Source: Patescibacteria group bacterium | GTDB taxonomy: Bacteria > Patescibacteriota > Minisyncoccia > Phycocordibacterales > Phycocordibacteraceae | DNA: 64,000 nt | Direction of reading: 5' to 3' | NCBI GenBank assembly: GCA_018971045.1 | Contig: JAGWVF010000003.1 | Span: forward strand, 42,793-106,792 | Part shown: piece by piece, positions 49,035-58,210 of the stretch | Numbering within the stretch: the stretch's first letter is position 1 | Layout: each line of letters begins with the position of its first letter | Program-made: the position numbers and the translations under genes | The notes under the pieces: model-generated | Told to the model about the DNA's origin: nothing | Database searches by the model: none | What the model saw: only the letters and a program-made list of their open reading frames with translations

Positions 49035-49544
49035 CTATTGGCACGTCTGGCCGTTGAGTACGGCGCCCTCTTGCTTCCCTTGTCCACTACTATCTACGCA
49101 CCAATAGGTATTGGCTGCTGACAGCGGGACCTGGATAGCCCATTGGGTTATTCGTGCGGCACCGCCACCATCATTGCCGCATCTGACATTGGTCGGAGTA
49201 GCACCTCCTGCACCACCTGACGCTTTGTCGGCAGAAGCGATAGCTTGAGCAACGGTCGTATCCGTAAAGAGGGTCTGCGCGACTGCGCACGCGGCAGCCG
49301 TACCAACCGAGGTGGCCGGGGTTGTACCGGTTTCGCTGTAGTACACACCATTACCTTTTTGATCAATGTAGATAGCTGCTTGGCTACGAATAGTATCTAG
49401 ATTCGACTTAACCGCCGCATCATTACCCTTCTGCCGCGCGCTGTTGAGCGACGCGAGCACGACCGCCGAGAGAATGCCGATGATCGCGATGACCACCAGA
49501 AGCTCAATGAGGGTGAAACCTTTGGAACGATTGTTATATATCAT
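49035..49544 (-). CDS. Type IV pilin, probable major pilin
   Basis: KG|FTLIELLVVIAIIGILSAVVLASL and YWCVDS; has its own -10 (TACAAT) and a strong terminator. Confidence 0.92.
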   Translation of the reverse strand: MIYNNRSKGFTLIELLVVIAIIGILSAVVLASLNSARQKGNDAAVKSNLDTIRSQAAIYIDQKGNGVYYSETGTTPATSVGTAAACAVAQTLFTDTTVAQAIASADKASGGAGGATPTNVRCGNDGGGAARITQWAIQVPLSAANTYWCVDSSGQGKQEGAVLNGQTCQ

Positions 49545-49613
49545 ATTTTATTTAGCTAATGCCTCTATTGTACGCTCTCCTGCTCTCCTCTAGGGAGGAG
49601 GGTGTGGATAAGG

Positions 49614-50819
49614 CTAGATCGCGCCGGCGAGATTGTAGATCGGGATCAGCACCGCGGCGACGAGAATACCGACGCCGAGGCCGAGGAGCACGATCATCAA
49701 GGGCTCGATGAGCCCGACGAGCGTATCAACGGCGTTCGCGACTTCACGATTATAGAACTTCGCGAGCGTGCTCAAGATCTTGCCGAGCTCGCCGGTCTCC
49801 TCGCCAACCTTCGCCATCGCCACCAAAATGCCCGGAATTTCCGGATTCTTTCCAAAGGCGTCCGCGATCGACGATCCGCCCTTCACGCTCGCCGTCACGT
49901 CGCGCAAGACGCGCTCATACACCGCATTTTCCACGACCGAGCTCGTGATCTCGAGCGCTTCGATAACCGGCACGCCCGCGAGGAGCATCGTCGCCAAATT
50001 GTCCGAGATGCGCGCGAAATAAAGCTTCTGATAGAGCGTCCCGATGTAGGGCACGGAGATCTTGACCCGATCGAGGATGAGCTTTCCATTTTCAGTCTTT
50101 CCGAGACGATACACGTAAAACGCGAACGCGATGAGCGCGATTAAGATGAATATGCCGTAATTCACGATGAAGTTCGACGCGCCGATGACGATCTGCGTAT
50201 AGAGGGGTACCCCTTGTCCGGAATCGGTAAGAATAGCGCTTATCTTCGGTATCACCAGCGTCAGCATCAGCGCCATCACGGTGACGAAGACGACGAGCAC
50301 GAACGCCGGGTAGATGAGCGCGTTCTGCGCTTTACTCATGAGGTCGTAGGAGCGGTCGAGATAGTCGGCGAGATAATTGAACGTCTCGGAGAGACGGCCC
50401 GACTCCTCGCCGGCGCGTACCATATTCACGTAAAACATGCTGAAAACGGTGGGGTGGCGCGAGAGCGCCTTGCTGATCGGACTGCCGCCTTGCAGATCGT
50501 CGCCGATCGTCGAGAGGATGATGCGCAGCTTTTTATTTTCGACTTCAGTCGCGAGAAGCCGGAAGACGCGGAGCGCCGGCACCTGCGCCTCAAAGAGAGT
50601 CGCGACTTGGCGCGAGAGAATCACGACGTCCTTGTTCTTCACGCGGCTGAAAAACGGGATATCCATCTCAAAGAACGATTTCTTATCGGCGGAGTCTATC
50701 GCCGAGATGATGAGATTGCGGCGCTGAAGCGACGAGATCGCGACTTCCTTCGATGAAGCTTCGATGGTTCCGTCGCGCTCGAATCCGTCTTGATCAACTG
50801 CGTGGTATTTAAAGAGCAT
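49614..50819 (-). CDS. pilC: Type IV pilus platform protein (GspF/PilC)
   Basis: Two T2SSF repeats: GEESG.L...YP and GEETGEL...EP. Confidence 0.95.
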   Translation of the reverse strand: MLFKYHAVDQDGFERDGTIEASSKEVAISSLQRRNLIISAIDSADKKSFFEMDIPFFSRVKNKDVVILSRQVATLFEAQVPALRVFRLLATEVENKKLRIILSTIGDDLQGGSPISKALSRHPTVFSMFYVNMVRAGEESGRLSETFNYLADYLDRSYDLMSKAQNALIYPAFVLVVFVTVMALMLTLVIPKISAILTDSGQGVPLYTQIVIGASNFIVNYGIFILIALIAFAFYVYRLGKTENGKLILDRVKISVPYIGTLYQKLYFARISDNLATMLLAGVPVIEALEITSSVVENAVYERVLRDVTASVKGGSSIADAFGKNPEIPGILVAMAKVGEETGELGKILSTLAKFYNREVANAVDTLVGLIEPLMIVLLGLGVGILVAAVLIPIYNLAGAI

Positions 50820-50824
50820 GGGAG

Positions 50825-51886
50825 TTAGAGATAGTGCTCGAGCGTCTTAATATCCATCGCATAATCGTACGCGCTGTCCACCGTGATCTGCCCCTGCCGC
50901 ACGAGTTCGGCGAGAGAGCGATCCATGTCGATCATTCCCTCTTGCGACGACGTTTGGACCACGGTGTCGATTTCGTGCGTGCGGGCGTCGCGGATGAGCG
51001 TGCTGACGGCGTTATTATTAATGAGCAGCTCGTACGCCGGCACCAGTCCTCCGGAAACGCGCGGAATGAGCCTCTGCGAGAAGATGCCGGCGAGACTTCC
51101 GGCAAGCTGAATACGAACCTGCATTTGCTGTTCCGCCGGGAACATGTCGATGATGCGGTCAATGGTCTGCGCCGCGTTATTGGTGTGCAGGGTCGAGAAA
51201 ACCAGGTGTCCGGTCTCGGCGGCGGTAACCGCCGCCGATATGGTCTCGAGATCGCGCATCTCGCCGACCATAATGACGTCCACGTCTTCTCGAAACGCGG
51301 ATTGGAGCGCGGTGTGGAAGTTCGGCGTATCGATATGCACTTCGCGCTGATGGATGAGCGATTTCTTCGGCGTGAAGAGATATTCGACCGGATCCTCGAT
51401 GGTGAGAATATGCTCCGTCCGGGTGTCGTTAATGCGGTTGATCATCGCCGCGAGCGTGGTCGACTTCCCTTGCCCCACCGGACCGACGCAGAGGAAGAAC
51501 CCCTGTTCGCGCTGCGTAAAGACTTCAAGGATCGACGGGAGATTGAGCTCGGCGAACGTGCTCGCCGCGCGCGGGATGAGGCGGAACGCGAGCGCAACGG
51601 CTCCCTGCACGCGGTAACCGTTCACGCGGAACCGGTCGGATTGGCCGTGCGCGTAGGAAAAGTCGATGGTCTGATCCCGCTCGAATATGCCCCACCGCTC
51701 GGTCGGCACGACGCTCTTCAGCATTTCTTCGGTCTCGGCGGCGTCAAATGCCTTATACCGGCTCACGGCCAGAAGCGAGCCCGACACGCGGATCATCGGC
51801 GGGCCTCCGGCGAAGATGTGGAGATCCGACCCTGCTTGCGAGATGACGAGATCGAGAAGTTCGTTGAGATTTTTTTCGGCAGACAT
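50825..51886 (-). CDS. pilT: Pilus retraction ATPase
   Basis: SDLH, RFRVN, GPVGQGKSTT, EDPVE, VGEMRD, AETGH and TLHT motifs. Confidence 0.95.
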   Translation of the reverse strand: MSAEKNLNELLDLVISQAGSDLHIFAGGPPMIRVSGSLLAVSRYKAFDAAETEEMLKSVVPTERWGIFERDQTIDFSYAHGQSDRFRVNGYRVQGAVALAFRLIPRAASTFAELNLPSILEVFTQREQGFFLCVGPVGQGKSTTLAAMINRINDTRTEHILTIEDPVEYLFTPKKSLIHQREVHIDTPNFHTALQSAFREDVDVIMVGEMRDLETISAAVTAAETGHLVFSTLHTNNAAQTIDRIIDMFPAEQQMQVRIQLAGSLAGIFSQRLIPRVSGGLVPAYELLINNNAVSTLIRDARTHEIDTVVQTSSQEGMIDMDRSLAELVRQGQITVDSAYDYAMDIKTLEHYL

Positions 51887-51898
51887 GGCAGTAAAGAG

Positions 51899-52288
51899 TT
51901 ATTCCGGCGCCGCTTCGATGGTGCGAACCGTCTCGGCTAACACCTCGGAAGGAATGGCCGAGGCCTTGACGATGTAGCCGTCCGCGGCGAGCTGCTTCGC
52001 ACGCTCGATGTCCGAGTCCTGTCCTTGATTCGAGAGGATAATGATCTTCGTATGGGGGATTAAATTCTCCTTCCGTATTTCCTCGATCGCCTCGAATCCG
52101 CCCATACCCGGCATAATAAGGTCGACGAGAATCGCGTCCGGATCTTTCGTATCGGCCTTATGCAAGGCGGCGAGGAGCTCTTCTCCGCTCGCGAACGAGT
52201 ATACGTCGTGCCCGGAATTTTTAAACTTCACGGCGTACAAGTCGAGAAGGAACTTATCATCATCAACAAGATAAATGCGGTATATCAT
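51899..52288 (-). CDS. Stand-alone response regulator receiver
   Basis: VDDD, D.L.MP..GG, LSN and YIVK motifs. Confidence 0.9.
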   Translation of the reverse strand: MIYRIYLVDDDKFLLDLYAVKFKNSGHDVYSFASGEELLAALHKADTKDPDAILVDLIMPGMGGFEAIEEIRKENLIPHTKIIILSNQGQDSDIERAKQLAADGYIVKASAIPSEVLAETVRTIEAAPE

Positions 52289-52316
52289 TGCCGATCAGTA
52301 TACTACAGTTCCCGCG

Positions 52317-54104
52317 TCAATTGACATCTTCTTCGGGGAAAAGCTCTCCGCCGAGCGTATTGATCTCTTCAAAAGGAATCTCCCCGGCGAGCGCCTTCAG
52401 GATAGCGTTCTCGCGCATCGTGAGCATGCCGCTCGCGCGAGCCGCGGCATAGACTTTTTCTTCGACCGGTTCTTGCAGAATGACCTGTTCGAGTTCCTTA
52501 TTCATGCGCAGAATCTCGAATACGCCGGTTCGGCCCCGCACGCCGCTCGGACATTCATCGGTCGGCATCGCGTGATAGAATTGTTTAAACTCGGGAAGCG
52601 AGCTACGGTACTCCTTCGGCAAGTCGGCAAAATCCTGTTCCAAAAGGAGTTTGATGCTGTCGTTGATGACAAACGGCTTGCCGGCCCCGGGACACAACTT
52701 TTGCACCAGTCGCTGGCCGATCACCGCGATCAATGTCGGAGCGATAAGGAATGGATCCACCCCCATGTCAATAAGACGCGGGATGGCGCCGGCCGCCGTA
52801 TTGGTGTGCACCGTCGTGAAGACGAGGTGGCCGGTGAGCGCCGCCTGTACCGCGAGCGCGGCGGTCTCTTTGTCGCGAATCTCGCCGACCATAATGATAT
52901 CGGGGTCCTGGCGCAGGATCGAGCGCAGACCGCTCGCGAAGGTGTAGTCAATCTCCGGCCGCACCTGGCTCTGCGCGACGCCGGAAATCTCATATTCCAC
53001 CGGATCTTCAAGCGATACGACGTTTTTTGTCTCCCGATCCGTCTCCGAGAGCATTCCGAAGAGCGTCGTCGATTTGCCGGATCCGGTTGGGCCGGAAATG
53101 AGGATGATGCCGTACGGGACCTTCATCATCGCGCGAACCGCCGCAAGCTGTACGGCCGAGAACCCGACAGAATCGAGCGTTACGGTCGATCCCGATTGAT
53201 CGAGAATGCGCATCACCACCTTCTCGCCGAATTCGGTGGGAAAGGTCGATACGCGAAAATCGATTCGCCGCTTCTCGACGACCGCCGAGAAACGCCCGTC
53301 TTGCGGCTTGCGCTTTTCGTCGAGGCGGAGCTTCGCCAGAATCTTGATGCGGGCAACCACGGCCTCGTGCACCTTGTTCGGCAGTTCGAGCGATGTGTGG
53401 AGCTTGCCGTCGAGACGGAAACGCACCCGCGTTTTCGTCGGCGACGGCTCGATGTGCACATCTGATGACCGACCTTCGATCGCGTAGCGTAATATCGTGG
53501 AAACGATCTTCGTAACCGGAGCATCCTCCTTCAGCGTTTCGCGCGGACCGCCAAGATTGAGCGTCTCTTCCGCAAGAGCGATGGCGGCTTCATTCTGTTC
53601 AGACGCGCCCGGCTGCGCGGACGCTTCCGACGGCGGCTTCGCGATAGTCTCGTATTCGGACAGTGCCTTCCCCACCTCGCCCGAGAGATTTTGATATGTC
53701 TGCAACACCCGATCAAAGTCTTCTTGGGTAATGAGAACGATCTTGTACGGCATTCCGATCTTCCCGGAGATGAATTGCAGCGCGTCGAAGGCTTCGATAT
53801 TGTCCGGATCGACCATTCCGACTTCGAGCGCGCCGTCAACGACCGAGAGAGGAACGAAGCCGTAGTGCCGCGCCGAATCGAGCGGTATGTAGCCGAGCGC
53901 CTCATCTTGAGCCGGCGGATCGCCGAGAATCCGAGTCGGTAGCCCATACGCCTCGCCGACGAGTGCGAGCGCATCCGAGAGCGAAATGTTGCGCTCGGCA
54001 AAAACTTCCGACATGGGTCGCTTCTTCGCGAGTTCGGCCTCTATGACTGCGCGGTCTCCGGAAGAAATAAGGCCTTTGTCAACAAGTAGTCCAAGAAGAT
54101 TCAT
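52317..54104 (-). CDS. pilB: Pilus assembly ATPase (GspE/PilB)
   Basis: SDVHIEP, PQDGR, GPTGSGKST, LRQDPD and ALTGH motifs. Confidence 0.95.
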   Translation of the reverse strand: MNLLGLLVDKGLISSGDRAVIEAELAKKRPMSEVFAERNISLSDALALVGEAYGLPTRILGDPPAQDEALGYIPLDSARHYGFVPLSVVDGALEVGMVDPDNIEAFDALQFISGKIGMPYKIVLITQEDFDRVLQTYQNLSGEVGKALSEYETIAKPPSEASAQPGASEQNEAAIALAEETLNLGGPRETLKEDAPVTKIVSTILRYAIEGRSSDVHIEPSPTKTRVRFRLDGKLHTSLELPNKVHEAVVARIKILAKLRLDEKRKPQDGRFSAVVEKRRIDFRVSTFPTEFGEKVVMRILDQSGSTVTLDSVGFSAVQLAAVRAMMKVPYGIILISGPTGSGKSTTLFGMLSETDRETKNVVSLEDPVEYEISGVAQSQVRPEIDYTFASGLRSILRQDPDIIMVGEIRDKETAALAVQAALTGHLVFTTVHTNTAAGAIPRLIDMGVDPFLIAPTLIAVIGQRLVQKLCPGAGKPFVINDSIKLLLEQDFADLPKEYRSSLPEFKQFYHAMPTDECPSGVRGRTGVFEILRMNKELEQVILQEPVEEKVYAAARASGMLTMRENAILKALAGEIPFEEINTLGGELFPEEDVN

Positions 54105-54400
54105 TACTTAGTAGCGGTCGTGCCGGAAATGGGGGCAAGCGGATCGGCTCGACCGGCCGGCTCTTGCTGTATCGGCTGCGTGATATCGACAAGCGCGATG
54201 AATCGGGGGTCCGAAAAGATGGAGGTGTCGAAAGAAACGGGCAGTTGACTGCTGAGCGAATCGAACTGCATTTGAGTGCTCGACGGTTCCGGTACGGCCG
54301 TGAGCGGCGCTTGATTCCCCGCATTCATAAAGAAATACCAATAGGCCGCAAGGGCGACAAGGAAGGAAACGGCTACAAGAATGAGAGTGTTTTTTTTCAT
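54104..54400 (-). CDS. Small membrane-anchored pilus protein (PilP position)
   Basis: TM anchor, GRADP motif, and location between pilO and pilB. Confidence 0.65.
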   Translation of the reverse strand: MKKNTLILVAVSFLVALAAYWYFFMNAGNQAPLTAVPEPSSTQMQFDSLSSQLPVSFDTSIFSDPRFIALVDITQPIQQEPAGRADPLAPISGTTATK

Positions 54401-54411
54401 AGATGACACGA

Positions 54412-54963
54412 TTAGCGCAGCCAGTAGAGGCGTATCTTCAGTTTATAGGTATACACGCCCGTGTCGGATCCTTGGATGGAGAGATCCTGCACGTCAAGCA
54501 GGCGCTGGCTCTTCTCAATGCCCGCAAGGAACGTCTTAAACGCCGAATACGTGCCGACGAGCGTCAGTGAAAAGTCCATCGACTGTTCCGGAGACTGGAT
54601 CCCGGGTCCCGTACCCGGGACGGTTGCCGAGGCCTGCGCAATCGGTGATACGTCAATAGCCGAGACCGAGATGGAACTCTTCGCGGCAAGCGCATTCAAG
54701 TCGAGGATAAGGCCGATATTGTTGACCGAATCAGGAAGGAGCAGCATGAGCCGCGCGAGGTTCGCCGAGCCAATGGTGTTCTGCGCGTCGGTCAGTCGCT
54801 TGACTTGAGCCGCGAAAGAGCTCGCCGCGGCAAGCGCCTTGTCATCTGATGCGATTTTCGTCTTGGTATCGGCAATGGAGCCTGACAGAGTCGGGTTTAT
54901 GTACCCGAAGAATATGCCGAGGGCGACAATAACGGCGACAATGGAGAGAGTTCGGCTGTTCAT
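54412..54963 (-). CDS. pilO: PilO-like alignment protein
   Basis: TM, coiled coil, LLPD and G.Y..F..FL..IE.S.RL.DV. Confidence 0.8.
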   Translation of the reverse strand: MNSRTLSIVAVIVALGIFFGYINPTLSGSIADTKTKIASDDKALAAASSFAAQVKRLTDAQNTIGSANLARLMLLLPDSVNNIGLILDLNALAAKSSISVSAIDVSPIAQASATVPGTGPGIQSPEQSMDFSLTLVGTYSAFKTFLAGIEKSQRLLDVQDLSIQGSDTGVYTYKLKIRLYWLR

Positions 54964-55538
54964 GGAGTAAAGGCGATGACTTTCGGATCGAGCGCCGCAG
55001 ACATCGTGAATGCGACGGAGCCGTCTTTCTGGTTGAGGACGATACCTGAGAAGATCGCTCCCTTGAAACGATTGTCCGCGGCAAATGCCGCTGAAGTCGC
55101 CGCAAGCGCGTTGAAGTTTTGCGCGGTGCCCGCCGCATCCAGCGTCGCTTCATGCTTGTCATTAAACGAGATCCGAATCGTGTTAAAGCGCACCGGACCG
55201 GGCGTTATCGCTTCAAGAATCGGGAAAAATCCCGACAGGGCGACGTGATTATTGACCAACGTCATTCCTGTCACGAGACGATCGTGCAGGCGCACAAAGG
55301 CAGGGACCGTGGAAGTGTCGAGCGCCGCGACCGCCTTAGCGAGCTGCGCATCTTCCGCGTTTTTGGTCATCAAGAGCACGCGGCCGTATAAAAACACGCC
55401 GATCGCGAATACGAAGATCGCTCCCGCGACCACATAACCGAGAAAAGCGAGTACGCCGATAATCGTTTCGCTCGCGTCGTGCTTGGGTGAAGAAGCGGAT
55501 TGCGGAAGAAACGACGTCGGAAGTGTCGGAGGAGCCAT
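54960..55538 (-). CDS. pilN: PilN-like alignment protein
   Basis: TM segment plus ferredoxin-like pattern, between pilM and pilO; start reassigned to MAPPT. Confidence 0.7.
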   Translation of the reverse strand: MAPPTLPTSFLPQSASSPKHDASETIIGVLAFLGYVVAGAIFVFAIGVFLYGRVLLMTKNAEDAQLAKAVAALDTSTVPAFVRLHDRLVTGMTLVNNHVALSGFFPILEAITPGPVRFNTIRISFNDKHEATLDAAGTAQNFNALAATSAAFAADNRFKGAIFSGIVLNQKDGSVAFTMSAALDPKVIAFTP

Positions 55539-55595
55539 TGACTGTAGTATACGATACGCGCGCAAGGAGCGCTTGAAACCAACTGTGCAAAACCA

Positions 55596-56696
55596 TCAAC
55601 GCACTTCGTCGAGTTTGCGCAACGCGAGACCGACCGCTACGGCGAATTCCGGACCGATCTCTTCGAGAATCGGACGCATGAACGCCGGCGCCTGAACTTT
55701 TTTAAAAGGATTCGCAACGTGCACGTCAATTGAAAAAATATGTTTCGCATAATCGCTCAGCTGTTTCGTCACCCCGCCGCCGCCCGTAAGAACGATCGCG
55801 GTAACGGGTTTCTTGTGCGCCGTTTCAAACTGGATAAGCACGCGGCGCGCTTCCGAAAATATGCGCGAGAACACCGCCTCCGAACTGCCGAGCGATCCGC
55901 CGCTTTGCAGTCCCCGCTGCTTCTTCAAGATCTCCGCCTGCTGTATCGGCACATTGCTCGCTATCGATATCGCCCGGGTAATATCCTGACTCCCGGTGCT
56001 GAGCGCATGAGAGAGCGCGACGACTCCATGCTCAATAATGTATATCTTCGTCGACGCGGCGCCGATATCGAGCACCATAACCGGCCGCACGGGCTCGTCG
56101 ACTACCGCGCGGATCGTGCTGAATATTTCAATCTCGTAAAAGGTTGACGCGAGGCCGACATTCGCCACGATATTTTGAAGCAATAAGAGCTCGTCATTGT
56201 GAACTGCGACTAAGAGCGCCTCGATGGTCTCGCGCGACGATCCGACCGCCGGCGTAAGGATATTGCCGACCTGTTCCTGTTCGGGCTTCGGCAAGATAAA
56301 CCAGTCGAGCTGTACCTCGGATACGGGAATCGGAATGTATTTGCGGGCTTCAAGCTCGATGACGGTCTTCTGCTCCTTAGGATCCTTTCGGTAGGGGAGC
56401 TTCACCATGATCAAGAGCGATCGCGCGTACGGAATCGAAACGCCACAGTTCCTGGTCGTCACTTTCGATTCGCGCAAGAGATCGCGCAACGTCTCGGTAA
56501 TCTGTTCGACGGAGAGATTGGTCGCCTGCCCCACTTCTGATCCGCCGTAAGGTCCGAGTGCCATTTCGCCGTACGTCTCAAGCACCGCTTGATCATGATC
56601 CTTGCGCAACTGAACAACCTTCAGCGAAGACGAACCGATATCAACCCCAAGGACACTCTTTTCCTTTTTCTTAAAGAGAGAATCGAAGAACGACAT
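55596..56696 (-). CDS. pilM: Type IV pilus assembly protein PilM
   Basis: LGVDIG...K.V.L, EA.KYIP, DIGA, LTGGG and FAVAVGLALR; start reassigned to MSFFDS. Confidence 0.93.
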   Translation of the reverse strand: MSFFDSLFKKKEKSVLGVDIGSSSLKVVQLRKDHDQAVLETYGEMALGPYGGSEVGQATNLSVEQITETLRDLLRESKVTTRNCGVSIPYARSLLIMVKLPYRKDPKEQKTVIELEARKYIPIPVSEVQLDWFILPKPEQEQVGNILTPAVGSSRETIEALLVAVHNDELLLLQNIVANVGLASTFYEIEIFSTIRAVVDEPVRPVMVLDIGAASTKIYIIEHGVVALSHALSTGSQDITRAISIASNVPIQQAEILKKQRGLQSGGSLGSSEAVFSRIFSEARRVLIQFETAHKKPVTAIVLTGGGGVTKQLSDYAKHIFSIDVHVANPFKKVQAPAFMRPILEEIGPEFAVAVGLALRKLDEVR

Positions 56697-56710
56697 GCGA
56701 CAATAATAGC

Positions 56711-57355
56711 ATGATACGCCTTCTTGACCTTCTTTTTCCACCACGCAACGACGAGACACGCCTGCGCGACGCGGCCGGCGATGAATTTCTTTCTCTGCTT
56801 TCTCCCGCACTCGCGCCTGATACGCGACCCGCGGCGACGATTCTCTTCTCCTTCGGCGATCCGCTCGTGCGAAGCGCCATCCATGAAGCGAAATACCACG
56901 GCAACCGCCGCGCCTTTCAGTATCTCGGGCTCGCGCTCGCTGAGTATCTTCGCGGTCTCGGAGATGATTGGGTGGCCTCGAGCCACGTCGTACTGGTCCC
57001 GGTCCCTCTTGGCGCGAAGCGACAGAAAGAGCGCGGATTCAATCAGGTAACGGAAGTCATACGCGCCGCGCTCGCCCATCTTCCGCTCCAGTCGTTTACG
57101 CTCGACGCTTCCCTTCTCAAGCGCGTTCGGGAAACGGAAACTCAGGTGTCGCTCACCCGCGAGAAGCGGGAGCAAAATATGCGCGGCGCGTTTACGGCGT
57201 CAGTGAGATCGGCCGAACAGGGGCGGATCAATCCCTCCGCCACGTATGTGCTCATTGACGACGTCCTCACGACGGGCGCCACTTTGCAGGCCGCGATCGA
57301 CGCGCTTCGCGCCGCAGGCGCGGTAACCATCAGCCCGCTCGCTCTCGCGCACTAA
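56711..57355 (+). CDS. comF: ComF-family phosphoribosyltransferase-like competence protein
   Basis: LLDLLFP, AKY, VPVPL..R..ERGFNQ and LIDDVLTTGAT motifs. Confidence 0.9.
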   Translation: MIRLLDLLFPPRNDETRLRDAAGDEFLSLLSPALAPDTRPAATILFSFGDPLVRSAIHEAKYHGNRRAFQYLGLALAEYLRGLGDDWVASSHVVLVPVPLGAKRQKERGFNQVTEVIRAALAHLPLQSFTLDASLLKRVRETETQVSLTREKREQNMRGAFTASVRSAEQGRINPSATYVLIDDVLTTGATLQAAIDALRAAGAVTISPLALAH

Positions 57356-57376
57356 ATTTGGTATTCTGCAGTTCAC

Positions 57377-57463
57377 GGAGACGTGGCTGAGTGGTCGAAA
57401 GCACCTCGCTGCTAATGAGGCAGGGGAGAAATCCTCTCGTGGGTTCAAATCCCACCGTCTCCG
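57377..57463 (+). tRNA. tRNA-Ser(GCT); CCA not encoded
   Basis: GGAGACG/CGTCTCC acceptor stem, anticodon arm CCTCG-CTGCTAA-TGAGG, long variable arm, GTGGG-TTCAAAT-CCCAC T-arm and discriminator G. Confidence 0.95.
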
Positions 57464-57508
57464 CCGGATCGGCGACTTTGAACCTTAGATAATCGTAGTT
57501 ATATTAAT

Positions 57509-58210
57509 ATGCAAAAACGAACACTAAGCCAAATCAAAAAGGCGCTTCAAGAACTTTCAGAAAAAGGCTGGATTAAGTCTAATCGCAGTCACAACACTGG
57601 AATAGGTAAAACCCTAGAGGACTATCTTGGTATTACAGAAAACAATATTGCTCTGCCGGACTTTGGGGTAATGGAATTGAAATCGCAAAGAATCAATACT
57701 CTTTCAATGATGACATTATTCACAAAGAGCCCCGAAGGAATTACAAATTCTGAGATTCGAAAGCGTTTCGGTTATCCTGACCCAGAATTTCCAAAGATTA
57801 AGATCTTGCATCAAACAATCAGCGATGGTGAAAGGAACAAAATGGGTTTTCAAGCTACTGTCGATGAAAAACAAGGTAAACTTCTTATTCTCAAAAAGGG
57901 CAAGTTGCTAGGTTATTACAGTCTAGATTTTTTAAGGAAAAAAGCTTTGGAGAAAATAGGAAATGGTCTTATATTGGTTCGCGCAGAAACAAAGAAAATC
58001 CGCGGACACGAATATTTCCACTACAGAGACGCATATTTATTGAAAGAAATTGATCCTACTAAATTTCTTGACCATTCAAAATACGATATTCGTCTAGGTG
58101 TATATCATAGCGGTAAAAACGCTGGTAAACCCCACGATCATGGTTCTGCTTTCCGTATTACAGAAAAGTCCTTACCTCTCTTATTTAAAATTCAGAAAAA
58201 GATTCTCTAA
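57509..58210 (+). CDS. MvaI/BcnI-family restriction endonuclease
   Basis: TGIGKTLE..LGI.ENN...PD....ELKS.R......TLFT..P and C-terminal HDHG.AFR. Confidence 0.88.
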   Translation: MQKRTLSQIKKALQELSEKGWIKSNRSHNTGIGKTLEDYLGITENNIALPDFGVMELKSQRINTLSMMTLFTKSPEGITNSEIRKRFGYPDPEFPKIKILHQTISDGERNKMGFQATVDEKQGKLLILKKGKLLGYYSLDFLRKKALEKIGNGLILVRAETKKIRGHEYFHYRDAYLLKEIDPTKFLDHSKYDIRLGVYHSGKNAGKPHDHGSAFRITEKSLPLLFKIQKKIL

